From assembly GCA_035606665.1 (NCBI GenBank), contig DATNEY010000034.1, positions 84,479-148,478 of the forward strand: a stretch of DNA of 64,000 bases. Direction: 5' to 3'. The stretch comes from Vicinamibacterales bacterium. GTDB taxonomy: Bacteria; Acidobacteriota; Vicinamibacteria; Vicinamibacterales; SCN-69-37. The notes beneath the pieces were generated by a model. The model did no database searches. It saw only the letters and a list, made by a program, of their open reading frames with translations, and was not told the DNA's origin. Below are positions 54,353-62,792 of this stretch, piece by piece; the stretch's first letter is position 1, and each line of letters starts with the position of its first letter. Made by a program: the position numbers and the translations under genes.

Positions 54353-55222
54353 TCAGACGTACTTGTACTTGGCGACGATCGGCGCGAGCTTCGCCTTGGT
54401 GGCCGCCGGCACGTGTTCGGGCCGGGTGATGAGCGCCGTCGCGAGCGCGTTCGCGCACTCGCAATCGCGCGCGATCGGCAGCCGCTCGACGGCGTTGGCG
54501 ATGACCTGCTGGGCCGTCTTGGCGTTCTGCGTCAGGTTGTGAATGATCATTTCGACCGTGACCGAGTCGTGATCCGGATGCCAGCAGTCGTAGTCCGTCA
54601 CGAGCGCCAGCGTCGAATAACAGATCTCCGCCTCGCGCGCGAGCTTGGCCTCCTGCAGGTTCGTCATGCCGATGATGTCGAAGCCGGACGCACGATAGCT
54701 GTTCGACTCGGCAATGGTCGAAAACTGCGGCCCCTCCATGCACACGTAGGTGCCGCCGCGATGCGCCTTCGCACCGGAGCGTGACGCGGCGTCGAACATC
54801 ACGTCGCTCAGAGGCGTGCAGAACGGATGCGCGAACGCGACGTGGCCGACGAGTCCGTCGCCGAAGAACGTGCTGACGCGGCCCCGCGTCCGGTCGAAGA
54901 ATTGATCCGGCACCACGAGATCGAGCGGCGCGTAATCCTGCCGCAGGCTGCCGACGGCGCTCGCCGAGAGAATCCACTCGGCGCCGAGCACCTTGAAGCC
55001 GTAGATGTTCGCCCGGAAATTGAGCTCGGACGGAAGCAGCCGGTGTCCCGTGCCGTGGCGCGCAAGAAACGCCACCCGGCGCCCGCGGAGCGTCGCCAGG
55101 ACATAGGGCCCGGAGGGATCGCCGAACGGCGTCGCGATCTGCCGCTCCTCACGATCGGTGAGCTCCGCCATGTCGTACAGGCCGGAGCCGCCAATGATGC
55201 CGATGGAAACAGGTTGGGACAT
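54353..55222 (-). CDS. mtnP: S-methyl-5'-thioadenosine phosphorylase
   Basis: IGIIGGSGLYDM...FLARHG.GH...GPQFST..E...IIGMT. The start is moved to ATG 55222. Confidence 0.88.
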   Translation of the reverse strand: MSQPVSIGIIGGSGLYDMAELTDREERQIATPFGDPSGPYVLATLRGRRVAFLARHGTGHRLLPSELNFRANIYGFKVLGAEWILSASAVGSLRQDYAPLDLVVPDQFFDRTRGRVSTFFGDGLVGHVAFAHPFCTPLSDVMFDAASRSGAKAHRGGTYVCMEGPQFSTIAESNSYRASGFDIIGMTNLQEAKLAREAEICYSTLALVTDYDCWHPDHDSVTVEMIIHNLTQNAKTAQQVIANAVERLPIARDCECANALATALITRPEHVPAATKAKLAPIVAKYKYV

Positions 55223-55227
55223 AGGAT

Positions 55228-56064
55228 TCAGTCGATGACGGGCTCCACGTGTTTTCGCCCGCCTGTGTCGCGGATGATGCCGGCGGCGATCGCCGGATCG
55301 TGTTCGAAGAAGATAACGTACTCGCCGGCGATGGCCTCCGCAAGGAACCGTTTCTTGTAGAAAAACGTGTCCATCGGATAGAGGTCGTAGCCCATGATCC
55401 ATGGCTCATCGACATGGGCCGTCGTCGGCATGAGGTCCGCCGTGAAGATCCCGACCCGGCCGCCGGACTCGACGCGCACGAGCTGGTGGTGCATCGTGTG
55501 GCCACCGGTGCGGGCGACGCTGACGCCGGGCACGACGTCGCCATCCGTTTCGATGAACTTGATGACGCCCGCATCCGCAAGCGGCGCGAAGTTCTCGGCC
55601 AGATAGCTCGCACGATTCCGCTCGTGCGGATGCGTGGCGTCATCCCACTCCTGCCGCCGCACGTAGTACGTGGCCCTGGGAAACGCCGGCACCACGCGAT
55701 CGCCTTCCCGCCTCGTGAAACCCCCGGCATGATCGAAATGCAGATGCGACGCAATCACCAGGTCGATGTCCGCCATCGCGAGACCTGCCGCGGCCAGCGA
55801 TGCCTCGAGACCGGGCCGGCGATCGATCCCGTAGATCTCGACCTCCTTCGGCGTCATCTTGTCGCCGATCCCCGCGTCGATCAGGATGTTATGTTCCGGC
55901 GTCCGAACGAGCAACGGCCGCAGCCCGAGGAGAATGCGATTGCGCTCGTCAGCAGCGGCGCGTTTCTGCCAGAGCGGCTTCGGCACGACGCCGAACATGG
56001 CGCCGCCGTCGAGCCGAAAAAACCCGTCCAGCAGCGGCACGACCTCGAAGTCGCCAAACTTCAC
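55228..56064 (-). CDS. MBL-fold metallo-hydrolase
   Basis: VIASHLHFDHAGG (HxHxDH motif). Confidence 0.8.
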   Translation of the reverse strand: MKFGDFEVVPLLDGFFRLDGGAMFGVVPKPLWQKRAAADERNRILLGLRPLLVRTPEHNILIDAGIGDKMTPKEVEIYGIDRRPGLEASLAAAGLAMADIDLVIASHLHFDHAGGFTRREGDRVVPAFPRATYYVRRQEWDDATHPHERNRASYLAENFAPLADAGVIKFIETDGDVVPGVSVARTGGHTMHHQLVRVESGGRVGIFTADLMPTTAHVDEPWIMGYDLYPMDTFFYKKRFLAEAIAGEYVIFFEHDPAIAAGIIRDTGGRKHVEPVID

Positions 56065-57428
56065 GCGCCGGCTCCATGGGTGGCGGCCTCTTTCAACTCG
56101 ATCAGCAGCCCGCCGGCGCTCGAAGGATGAATGAAGGCGATTCGTGACCCGTGCGCGCCGGGCCGCGCCGACTCATCGATGAATCGAATCCCTTGCGCCC
56201 TGAGATCGGCGATCGCCCGGTCGATGTCGGCGACGCGAAAGCACAGGTGGTGCAGCGCGTCGCCGCGCTTCTCGAGGAACTTCCCCACCGGCGCCTCGGC
56301 TGACAGCGCCTCGACGAGCTCGAGCGTCGGGCCGCCGGCCTCGACGAGCCGAAGTCGATGCTGGCCAACGACTTCCGGCTCGCCCGTCTCGAGGCCCAGG
56401 AGCGACTGAAAGATCGTGGCAATCGTCTTTGCGTCGCGAACGGCGATCCCCACGTGGTCCAGTGGGCTTGCGACAGCGGGCGTCCCGCCCAGCGCGCGCG
56501 CCATCACCGATTCCGTCGCCGTGTATGGATCGATTTCGCGCGCGGCAATCCGGTCCAGAAGTCGGGCGAATTCGCCAGCGCCCAGGACGACGCCGTCGAC
56601 GTGCTGCATGAATCGGCGTTCCAGCATTTCGCGAAGACGCCACTCGGCCCGCGCGCGGCGCCGGACGCCCTGCTCCCCCGCGCTCTGGGATTTGAAGCGG
56701 TCGATCGCGGCGACGAGATCGGCGAGCCCCGTGCCCGTCGTCGCGACGGTCCGCACGACTGGCGGACGCCACTCGTCCTCGGGCCACATCTCGAGCGACA
56801 GCATGGTCTCGATCGACGCTGCCGTGCGATCGGCGCCCTCGCGGTCCGCCTTGTTCACGACGAAAATGTCGGCGATCTCCATGATGCCGGCCTTGAGTGC
56901 CTGCACCTCGTCACCCGTACCCGGTACGAGCGTGACGATCGACACGTCGGCGGTCCGGACGATGTCGACTTCGTCCTGGCCGACGCCGACGGTCTCGATG
57001 ATGACGACGTCGAACCCGGCGGCGTCGAGAACGATCGCCGCCTCGGCCGTCGTTCGCGCCAGCCCACCGAGATGGCCGCGCGTTGCCATACTGCGAATGA
57101 AGACGCCTTCGTCCTCGGCGTGCGACTGCATGCGCACGCGGTCGCCGAGAATCGCGCCGCCCGTATAGGGGCTGGTCGGATCGACGGCAATGACACCGAC
57201 CGTCTTGCCGCTCTTGCGCAGCTCCGCGGTCAGTCGATCGACGAGGGTGCTCTTGCCCGCGCCCGGAGGGCCGGTGACGCCGATGAGATACGCGCGGCCT
57301 GTCTTCGCGAAGAGGCTGCCGACGAGCTCGGCCGCTCCGGGAGACTCGTCCTCGATCAGGGAGATCGCGCGGGCAATCGCGCGCGGATCGCGATCAAGGA
57401 TCCGGGCAGCCAGCGGCAGCGCGCTCAC
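56061..57428 (-). CDS. Fused MeaB/ArgK-type G-protein chaperone and methylmalonyl-CoA epimerase (VOC fold)
   Basis: N-terminal ~320 aa: RAIARAISLIED..., GVTGPPGAGKSTLVDRL, VVNKADREGA (MeaB). C-terminal ~135 aa: LDHVGIAVRDAKTIATIF...LELVEAL...GDALHHLCFRVADID...GGLLIELKE (glyoxalase/epimerase fold). Single frame. GTG 57428 lies 1 nt after the upstream stop. Confidence 0.8.
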   Translation of the reverse strand: MSALPLAARILDRDPRAIARAISLIEDESPGAAELVGSLFAKTGRAYLIGVTGPPGAGKSTLVDRLTAELRKSGKTVGVIAVDPTSPYTGGAILGDRVRMQSHAEDEGVFIRSMATRGHLGGLARTTAEAAIVLDAAGFDVVIIETVGVGQDEVDIVRTADVSIVTLVPGTGDEVQALKAGIMEIADIFVVNKADREGADRTAASIETMLSLEMWPEDEWRPPVVRTVATTGTGLADLVAAIDRFKSQSAGEQGVRRRARAEWRLREMLERRFMQHVDGVVLGAGEFARLLDRIAAREIDPYTATESVMARALGGTPAVASPLDHVGIAVRDAKTIATIFQSLLGLETGEPEVVGQHRLRLVEAGGPTLELVEALSAEAPVGKFLEKRGDALHHLCFRVADIDRAIADLRAQGIRFIDESARPGAHGSRIAFIHPSSAGGLLIELKEAATHGAGA

Positions 57429-57429
57429 G

Positions 57430-58578
57430 CTACTGCCGCCCAAGCAGTTGCCGGCCGATGACCAGCCGCTGGATTTCGCTGGTGCCCTCGCCAATCGTGC
57501 AGAGCTTCACGTCGCGGAAGTACTTCTCCGCTGGGTAGTCCTTCACGAAGCCGTAGCCGCCATGGATCTGAACGCCCTCTTCGGCGACACGGACGGCAAT
57601 CTCGCTCGAATAGAGCTTGGCAATCGACGACTCGAGCGACGTCCGTTCGATCTTGCTGTCGCGCATCCATGCGGCGCGGTAGGTGAGCAGGCGCGCGGCC
57701 TGAATCCGCGTCACCATGTCCGCGATCTTCCAGCGAATCGCCTGGAACTCGCTGATTCGCTGGCCGAACGCGCGCCGCTCGAGTGAGTACCGCCTCGCGG
57801 CGTCGTAGGCACCCTGCGCGAGGCCCACGGCGAGAGCGGCGATCCCGATGCGTCCGGCGTCGAGTACCTGCATGGCCTGCAGGAATCCTTCACCCGGAGC
57901 GCCGATGATGGCCGACGAGGGCACGCGGCAATCCTCGAACACGACTTCGCTCGTATCACTCGCGCGCATGCCGAGCTTGTTTTCCTTCTTGCCGGCCTTG
58001 AGTCCTGCGGCGCCGCGAGGAACGATGAAGGCCGAGATCCCACGCGAGCCCTGTTCGCGATCGGTCACGGCCATCACGACCATCGTTTCGCCGATCGCGC
58101 CGTGCGTGATGAACTGCTTCGTGCCCGAGAGCACCCATGCATCGCCGTCGCGGCGGGCTGTCGTCCGCATGGCGGCTGCGTCACTGCCCGAGCTCGCCTC
58201 CGTCAGCGCCCACGCGCCCCAGTGCTTGCCCTCAGCCAGCGGCTTCAGGTACTTTGTTTTCTGCTCATCATTGGCAAAGTACGACAGATGCGCGACGGCA
58301 AGGCCATTGTGCGCTGCGACCGATAAAGCAATGGATGGGTCGACGCGCGCCAGCTCCTCGATGCAGATGCAATAGGCGAGGGCGGAATGCCCTGCACCGC
58401 CCCACGCTTCGGGCACCTGAATGCCCATGAGTCCCACGCCGGCGAGCTTCGGGAGCAGCTCCTTGGGAAACGCCTGGGCCTCGTCCCAGGCCATGACGTT
58501 CGGCCGGATCTCGGCTTCCGCGAACTCTCGTACCGCGCGTCGCAGGAACTGCTGCTCGTCCGTCTCGCGTAAGTCCAT
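57430..58578 (-). CDS. Acyl-CoA dehydrogenase
   Basis: ...WALTEASSGSDAAAM..., ...QAFGQRISEFQAIRWKIADM..., ...IGEGTSEIQRLVIGR. The start is moved to ATG 58578. Confidence 0.92.
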   Translation of the reverse strand: MDLRETDEQQFLRRAVREFAEAEIRPNVMAWDEAQAFPKELLPKLAGVGLMGIQVPEAWGGAGHSALAYCICIEELARVDPSIALSVAAHNGLAVAHLSYFANDEQKTKYLKPLAEGKHWGAWALTEASSGSDAAAMRTTARRDGDAWVLSGTKQFITHGAIGETMVVMAVTDREQGSRGISAFIVPRGAAGLKAGKKENKLGMRASDTSEVVFEDCRVPSSAIIGAPGEGFLQAMQVLDAGRIGIAALAVGLAQGAYDAARRYSLERRAFGQRISEFQAIRWKIADMVTRIQAARLLTYRAAWMRDSKIERTSLESSIAKLYSSEIAVRVAEEGVQIHGGYGFVKDYPAEKYFRDVKLCTIGEGTSEIQRLVIGRQLLGRQ

Positions 58579-58594
58579 CGTGTGGGAAAATAAC

Positions 58595-59083
58595 ATGACA
58601 ATGCTGTTGAAACGCGCTGTTATCGTTCTCGTGCTTGCGGCCGTGGGTCTTCTCGGTACCGCGACACCGGCGTGGGCGGATGTCACTTTCTTCCTCGGGT
58701 TTTCACCGACACCGAAGAGCCGCCCGGTTCAGGGTTTCGCCGGGGGCATCAACATGCTCCTGATCGGGTTCGAGTTCGACTACTCCAACACCTCAGCCGA
58801 CGCGACCCAGGGCGCGCCCAGCCTTCGAACGGGCATGCTCAACGGACTCATCATGACGCCGACGAAAACGCAGCTGTATCTCACGGCGGGAGGCGGCTTC
58901 TATCGCGAGGCGTTCACCGGCAGCTCGGCCACGAGCTTCGGCACGAACATCGGCGGCGGAATCAAGGTGGGCTTGCTCGGTCCGGTCCAGCTTCGAGTGG
59001 ACTACCGGATCTTTAACTTACGGGGCAACGCACGGTACAAGAATCCACAGCGAGTGTACGCCGGACTCAATATCCACTTCTGA
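58595..59083 (+). CDS. Small outer-membrane beta-barrel protein
   Basis: Signal peptide MTMLLKRAVIVLVLAAVGLLGTATPAWA, alternating-hydrophobic strands, and a C-terminal ...VYAGLNIHF. Confidence 0.65.
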   Translation: MTMLLKRAVIVLVLAAVGLLGTATPAWADVTFFLGFSPTPKSRPVQGFAGGINMLLIGFEFDYSNTSADATQGAPSLRTGMLNGLIMTPTKTQLYLTAGGGFYREAFTGSSATSFGTNIGGGIKVGLLGPVQLRVDYRIFNLRGNARYKNPQRVYAGLNIHF

Positions 59084-59145
59084 ATCGACCGATTGACCGA
59101 TTGATGGATTGACCAATCCGGCAATTCGTCAATCTGTCAATTCGT
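59084..59145. repeat. GATTGACC octad palindromic element (copy 3)
   Basis: ATCGACC GATTGACC GATTGATG GATTGACC AATCC, then CAATTCGT CAATCTGT CAATTCGT (inverted words). It overlaps the stop and last codons of the 59137 gene. Confidence 0.7.
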
Positions 59146-59577
59146 AGAGCCTCCGCCGCCCATGCTGACGATGGGCGCCAGGGGCGTGGCGCTGATCCCC
59201 TTCAGCCCGGGCACGACTTTCTGGAACAGCGCACCGACTTCATCGGGCGGCAGCCCCTCGCCGAGGATCTTGAACGGGTCGTAGCTCACGCCCTTCTCGA
59301 CCTTATCCAGCACGAAAAAGAAACTGATCAGGCCGTCCTGCGGCTCGGGCGATTTGAGGAGCTTCCAGCCGGCGGCCTGGCGGCGTCGCTCCGGCTTGTC
59401 GCTCTTGGCCAGGACTTCCTTGACCTTCCCCATCGTCACTTCGAAATCGACAGCCGTGGCCTCCGCAACACGGATGACCACGAGCATGCGATCTGAGTTG
59501 AAGACGAGGGGGTCGGCTTGAGTGGCGGCGGGCGCCTGCTGGATCGCAGGCGGCCCGCCGGTCACGAGGACAATCAC
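59137..59577 (-). CDS. Hypothetical protein, paralogue of the upstream gene, no obvious signal peptide
   Basis: QQAPAATQADPLVF...FEVTMGKVKEVLAKSDK...SYDPFKILGEGL...EVGALFQKV aligns by eye with 59585..60118. GTG start. Confidence 0.5.
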   Translation of the reverse strand: MIVLVTGGPPAIQQAPAATQADPLVFNSDRMLVVIRVAEATAVDFEVTMGKVKEVLAKSDKPERRRQAAGWKLLKSPEPQDGLISFFFVLDKVEKGVSYDPFKILGEGLPPDEVGALFQKVVPGLKGISATPLAPIVSMGGGGSTN

Positions 59578-59584
59578 GGAAAAC

Positions 59585-60118
59585 CTATCCGACCTTGGCG
59601 AGTTTCCAGGGCGGGTTGATGGTGTACAGCGACACCTTCAGTTTCTCGAAGATCGCGTCGGCCTCTGGCCGCGTCAGAAGCGCGCCTTCGGTAACGCCGC
59701 TCTTCCACATGGTCTCGTAGACAATCTTGCCGGGCTGATAGCTGATCGCCGTGGACGGCGTGTCAATCTGGAGCACATAGATCATGATCTTCTGGCCGCC
59801 CATGTCCGCCGGCGGCTGATCGACCTTGAACAGGTTGACCAGGGACTGACCGAACGCCTTCTCGTCGTCCTTCGTGCTCTTCGCGAGGCCGGCACGGATG
59901 GCGCTCCAAGCAGACTCGAACTCCGCCGTCTTCTCCGCATGAATCTGAAACAAGATAATCGTCGGGACGGTGGCGCCGAGCTTCAACGGATCTTCCTGTG
60001 GCGGCGCAGCGGGCGCCGTTTGGGCAGCCGCGATGCGCGGCGTTGCCAGGACCAACGCAACTGCGGCGATGGCTGCCACGCGTACCATCGCGGATCTGAC
60101 TTCACCTGTCCGAATCAT
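59585..60118 (-). CDS. Hypothetical secreted protein
   Basis: Signal peptide ...MVRVAAIAAVALVLATPRIAAAQ. GGGAGA Shine-Dalgarno before ATG 60118. I recognise no motif. Confidence 0.55.
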   Translation of the reverse strand: MIRTGEVRSAMVRVAAIAAVALVLATPRIAAAQTAPAAPPQEDPLKLGATVPTIILFQIHAEKTAEFESAWSAIRAGLAKSTKDDEKAFGQSLVNLFKVDQPPADMGGQKIMIYVLQIDTPSTAISYQPGKIVYETMWKSGVTEGALLTRPEADAIFEKLKVSLYTINPPWKLAKVG

Positions 60119-60214
60119 TGAATCGTCTCCCTGCCTGTATCAGGCCCGTTCAAAGGCGCCTACTTTACCGTACCGAGCGCGGCTGACAAGACCCATCATC
60201 CAGTGCCGCCGGAA

Positions 60215-61363
60215 TCACAAGAACGTTGCAAGTATCTCGTTGGATACCAGCATACCCTGCCGCGTTAGGCCGAGCCGGCCGTCGCCGCGCCACATCATGC
60301 CGGCCTCCAGAAACCGCGTCAGGTTTGACCCGTAAACCGCCCAAATGTTCCGGCCGAACCTCTCCTCGATCGCGGCCTCATCGAGCCCCTCGTTCAATCG
60401 CAGGCCGGTGAACAACGTCTCGGTAAACCTTTCATCATCAGGAATTACCGTGAGCGCTTCGGCGGCGAAGCGCCCTTCTTCCAGACGGCTCGTGTACTCG
60501 GTCGTCGACGCGAGATTCCTCCACCGCCGCCCCTGCACGGTCGAATGGGCGCCGCACCCGAACCCCCACCAGTCGCCGCTCTGCCAGTACTTGACGTTGT
60601 GCCGGCAGCGGCGGCCGGGCCTCGAGACATTTGAAATCTCGTACTGCTCGTAGCCGGCCGTGTCGAGACGATCCAGGCCGGCCAGGTACATATCCGCGGC
60701 CTCATCGTCAGGCGCCTGCGTCCACGGCTGCGCGGACGATCGCGCCATCGCCTCCTTCAGCGGCGCGTTGGGATAGAGCTCGAGCAGGTACAGGGACAGG
60801 TGATCCGGCGCAAGTGCGACGGCCTCGTCCACGGTCCGCAGCCATGACGAGAACGACTGGCCCGGCAGCCAGAGCATGAGATCGAAACTCAGATTGGTGC
60901 ATCCCGCGCGGCGTGCCATCCGAATCGCGTCTCGAGCTCGCGCCGCGGAATGAACCCGGCCCAGCCGCTGCAGTTCATCGTCGTCGAAGGACTGCACGCC
61001 AAAACTGATTCGATTCACGCCGGCATCCAGGAATCCCGCGAGACGTTCGTCCGAGGCCGTTTCGGGATTCGTTTCGAGCGTGATCTCCGCGTCGGGGCTG
61101 ATCTCGAAGCGTTCGCGGCAGGCGGCGATGAGGCGGCCGATCTCGGGTGGATCCAGCAGCGAAGGCGTGCCCCCACCAAAGAAAATGGAATCAGCGCCGG
61201 CCGGCGGGTGCGCGCCGGCGAACGGCAACGGGGCCGTCAGGATTTCCCGTTCGAGCGCGCGAACGTATCGATCCTTCAACGCGGCGTCGAACAGGCCGCG
61301 GTTGAAGTTGCAGTAGCTGCAGATGGACGAACAGAACGGAACGTGCAGGTAGAGCCCGAGCAT
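60215..61363 (-). CDS. hemW: Radical SAM heme chaperone HemW (HemN-like)
   Basis: LYLHVPFCSSICSYCNF (CxxxCxxC) and ...GGGTPSLL.... Confidence 0.88.
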   Translation of the reverse strand: MLGLYLHVPFCSSICSYCNFNRGLFDAALKDRYVRALEREILTAPLPFAGAHPPAGADSIFFGGGTPSLLDPPEIGRLIAACRERFEISPDAEITLETNPETASDERLAGFLDAGVNRISFGVQSFDDDELQRLGRVHSAARARDAIRMARRAGCTNLSFDLMLWLPGQSFSSWLRTVDEAVALAPDHLSLYLLELYPNAPLKEAMARSSAQPWTQAPDDEAADMYLAGLDRLDTAGYEQYEISNVSRPGRRCRHNVKYWQSGDWWGFGCGAHSTVQGRRWRNLASTTEYTSRLEEGRFAAEALTVIPDDERFTETLFTGLRLNEGLDEAAIEERFGRNIWAVYGSNLTRFLEAGMMWRGDGRLGLTRQGMLVSNEILATFL

Positions 61364-61470
61364 TGATTAGGTCGAGGGGCTTCGCCCCTGCGAGCACCCC
61401 AACGGCGTCGCTCGCGGGGACCCCAAAGCCCCGCTCCGCTCCGCCGACGCGGTCGCTGACGCTCCCTCGT
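61364..61470. repeat. GC-rich REP-like element (CTCGCGGGG..AGCCCCGCTCCG family), copy 2, with three stem-loops
   Basis: Three stem-loops: AGGGGC-TTC-GCCCCT; GCGAGC-N14-GCTCGC; GGGG-N9-CCCC. Shares sequence blocks with 29481..29540 and, more loosely, 63954..64000. Confidence 0.6.
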
Positions 61471-62322
61471 TCATGTCCCGGCCTTGCCCCCGGGCCACTT
61501 CAGTTCATGGAACTCGCGAGTCTGTTTGAAGCCCGCTTTCGCCTGACTATGCGCTCGATCCGGCAACTTCGCACGATGACGGCCCGACTTCGAGCTCTTC
61601 CAAAGCGCAAGCAGACGCTCCGGCGTGTGGGGACCGTCGAATAGGCGATAGTCCGGGCCGTCATATTCCAGGAAATCGCACATCTCATGCAACCGGGAGT
61701 GCATCCGGAAGCCTACGCGAACCTTGAGCGCGTCGAGATTGGTATCGTCGACATCATCGATGTAGTTCGTCGTAAAGATGGTCGGCCGACGCTCGTTATA
61801 CCGCGAGTTGACGATTAGGTTCATCGTCTCTTCGACCCATTCCGTGGGTCTTTCTGCCCCAAGATCGTCCAGTAAGAGAACTTCGGCCGTCATCACGGGC
61901 CGTAAGACGTCCATTTCCGCAGTCTTCGTTACCGCGCTGTACGTGGACCTGATGAGCTTCAAAAGATCTCGCGTGTCGTAGTAGAGACCCCGAATCTGTT
62001 TCTCGAGGATCAGCCGTCGAAGTACGGCCACCGCGATGTGAGTCTTACCGATCCCGGGTGGACCGACGATGCAGAACCCTCGTCGGACGGCTGGAAACTC
62101 ATCAGCCCACTTTCGCGCCTTGCGAACGGTGTTTTCAAACTTCTCGTTCGGGTAAATGGTCAGAGCCTCGAGGGTCCGCCCATTGTATTGGGCCGGAATC
62201 TTGGCCGACCTAATCAGGTCTGCTTTGATCTGGTCGCTCCAGCAGGCACACCTCTGGACGCGGCGGATGCCGTCGCGTTCGATCGATTGCCAGCCGGTTC
62301 CGTCGCAACGCGCGCACGCCAT
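61471..62322 (-). CDS. DnaC/DnaI/IstB-type AAA+ ATPase with N-terminal Cys-rich motif
   Basis: Walker A IVGPPGIGKTHIA, Walker B LLLDDLGAE, then RRPTIFTTN. The N-terminus is CARCDGTGW-x15-CAC. No istA-like partner is present. Confidence 0.75.
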   Translation of the reverse strand: MACARCDGTGWQSIERDGIRRVQRCACWSDQIKADLIRSAKIPAQYNGRTLEALTIYPNEKFENTVRKARKWADEFPAVRRGFCIVGPPGIGKTHIAVAVLRRLILEKQIRGLYYDTRDLLKLIRSTYSAVTKTAEMDVLRPVMTAEVLLLDDLGAERPTEWVEETMNLIVNSRYNERRPTIFTTNYIDDVDDTNLDALKVRVGFRMHSRLHEMCDFLEYDGPDYRLFDGPHTPERLLALWKSSKSGRHRAKLPDRAHSQAKAGFKQTREFHELKWPGGKAGT

Positions 62323-62331
62323 CTGAGGGCG

Positions 62332-62739
62332 TCAGTCTAACACCGGCTTCGTGTCGCTTGAACCTTGATCACCCGGCGCGGGGACGAGCGCGGTGTTGAG
62401 GCGCTGTTCCCAGTCGCCCAGCCCGCGGCGAAGCTCGTGCTTGACGTACTGCATGAACTCGTTCACCTCGCGCTGCATGCGGTCCATCTTGCGGCGCATG
62501 TTGAGAATGATCTCCACGCCGGCGAGATTCACGCCGAGATCACGCGTCAACGCCAGAATCGTTTCGAGCTCCTGCAGATCTTCGTCTGAGTACAGGCGGG
62601 TGTTACCGTCCGTGCGCGAGGGTTTGAGAAGGCCCTCACGCTCGTACAGACGCAGCGTCTGAGGATGAATGTCGTACTTCGTGGAAACGGCGCTGATCAT
62701 GTAATAGCCCTTGCCGGTTCCCGGTTTCTTTGCCGCCAC
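62332..62739 (-). CDS. hspR: MerR-family heat-shock repressor HspR
   Basis: YMISAVSTKYDIHPQTLRLYEREGLLKPSRTDGNTRLYSDEDLQELETILALTRDLGVNLAGVEIIL. Located directly downstream of dnaJ. Confidence 0.88.
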   Translation of the reverse strand: MAAKKPGTGKGYYMISAVSTKYDIHPQTLRLYEREGLLKPSRTDGNTRLYSDEDLQELETILALTRDLGVNLAGVEIILNMRRKMDRMQREVNEFMQYVKHELRRGLGDWEQRLNTALVPAPGDQGSSDTKPVLD

Positions 62740-62762
62740 GGCGGCCTCCTTGCCTGCTGGTC

Positions 62763-62788
62763 GCCGGGGCTGAAGCCCCGGCCTACGG
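62763..62788. repeat. GC-rich REP-like element (GGGRCTGAAGCCSCGGCCTAC family), copy 2
   Basis: GCCGGGGCTGAAGCCCCGGCCTACGG contains an 8-bp hairpin GCCGGGGC-TGAA-GCCCCGGC. It lies between the dnaJ stop and the hspR AAGGAGG Shine-Dalgarno. Confidence 0.7.
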
Positions 62789-62792
62789 TTTC

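Noticed and set aside
61471-62322. Reading the DnaC/IstB-like ATPase as a remnant of an IS21-family insertion sequence.
   Set aside because: There is no istA transposase gene or fragment and no terminal inverted repeats. The gene is embedded in a dnaJ-hspR unit with a 9-nt gap. It is kept as a cellular DnaC-like ATPase, and the IS21 alternative is listed as a refutation test.
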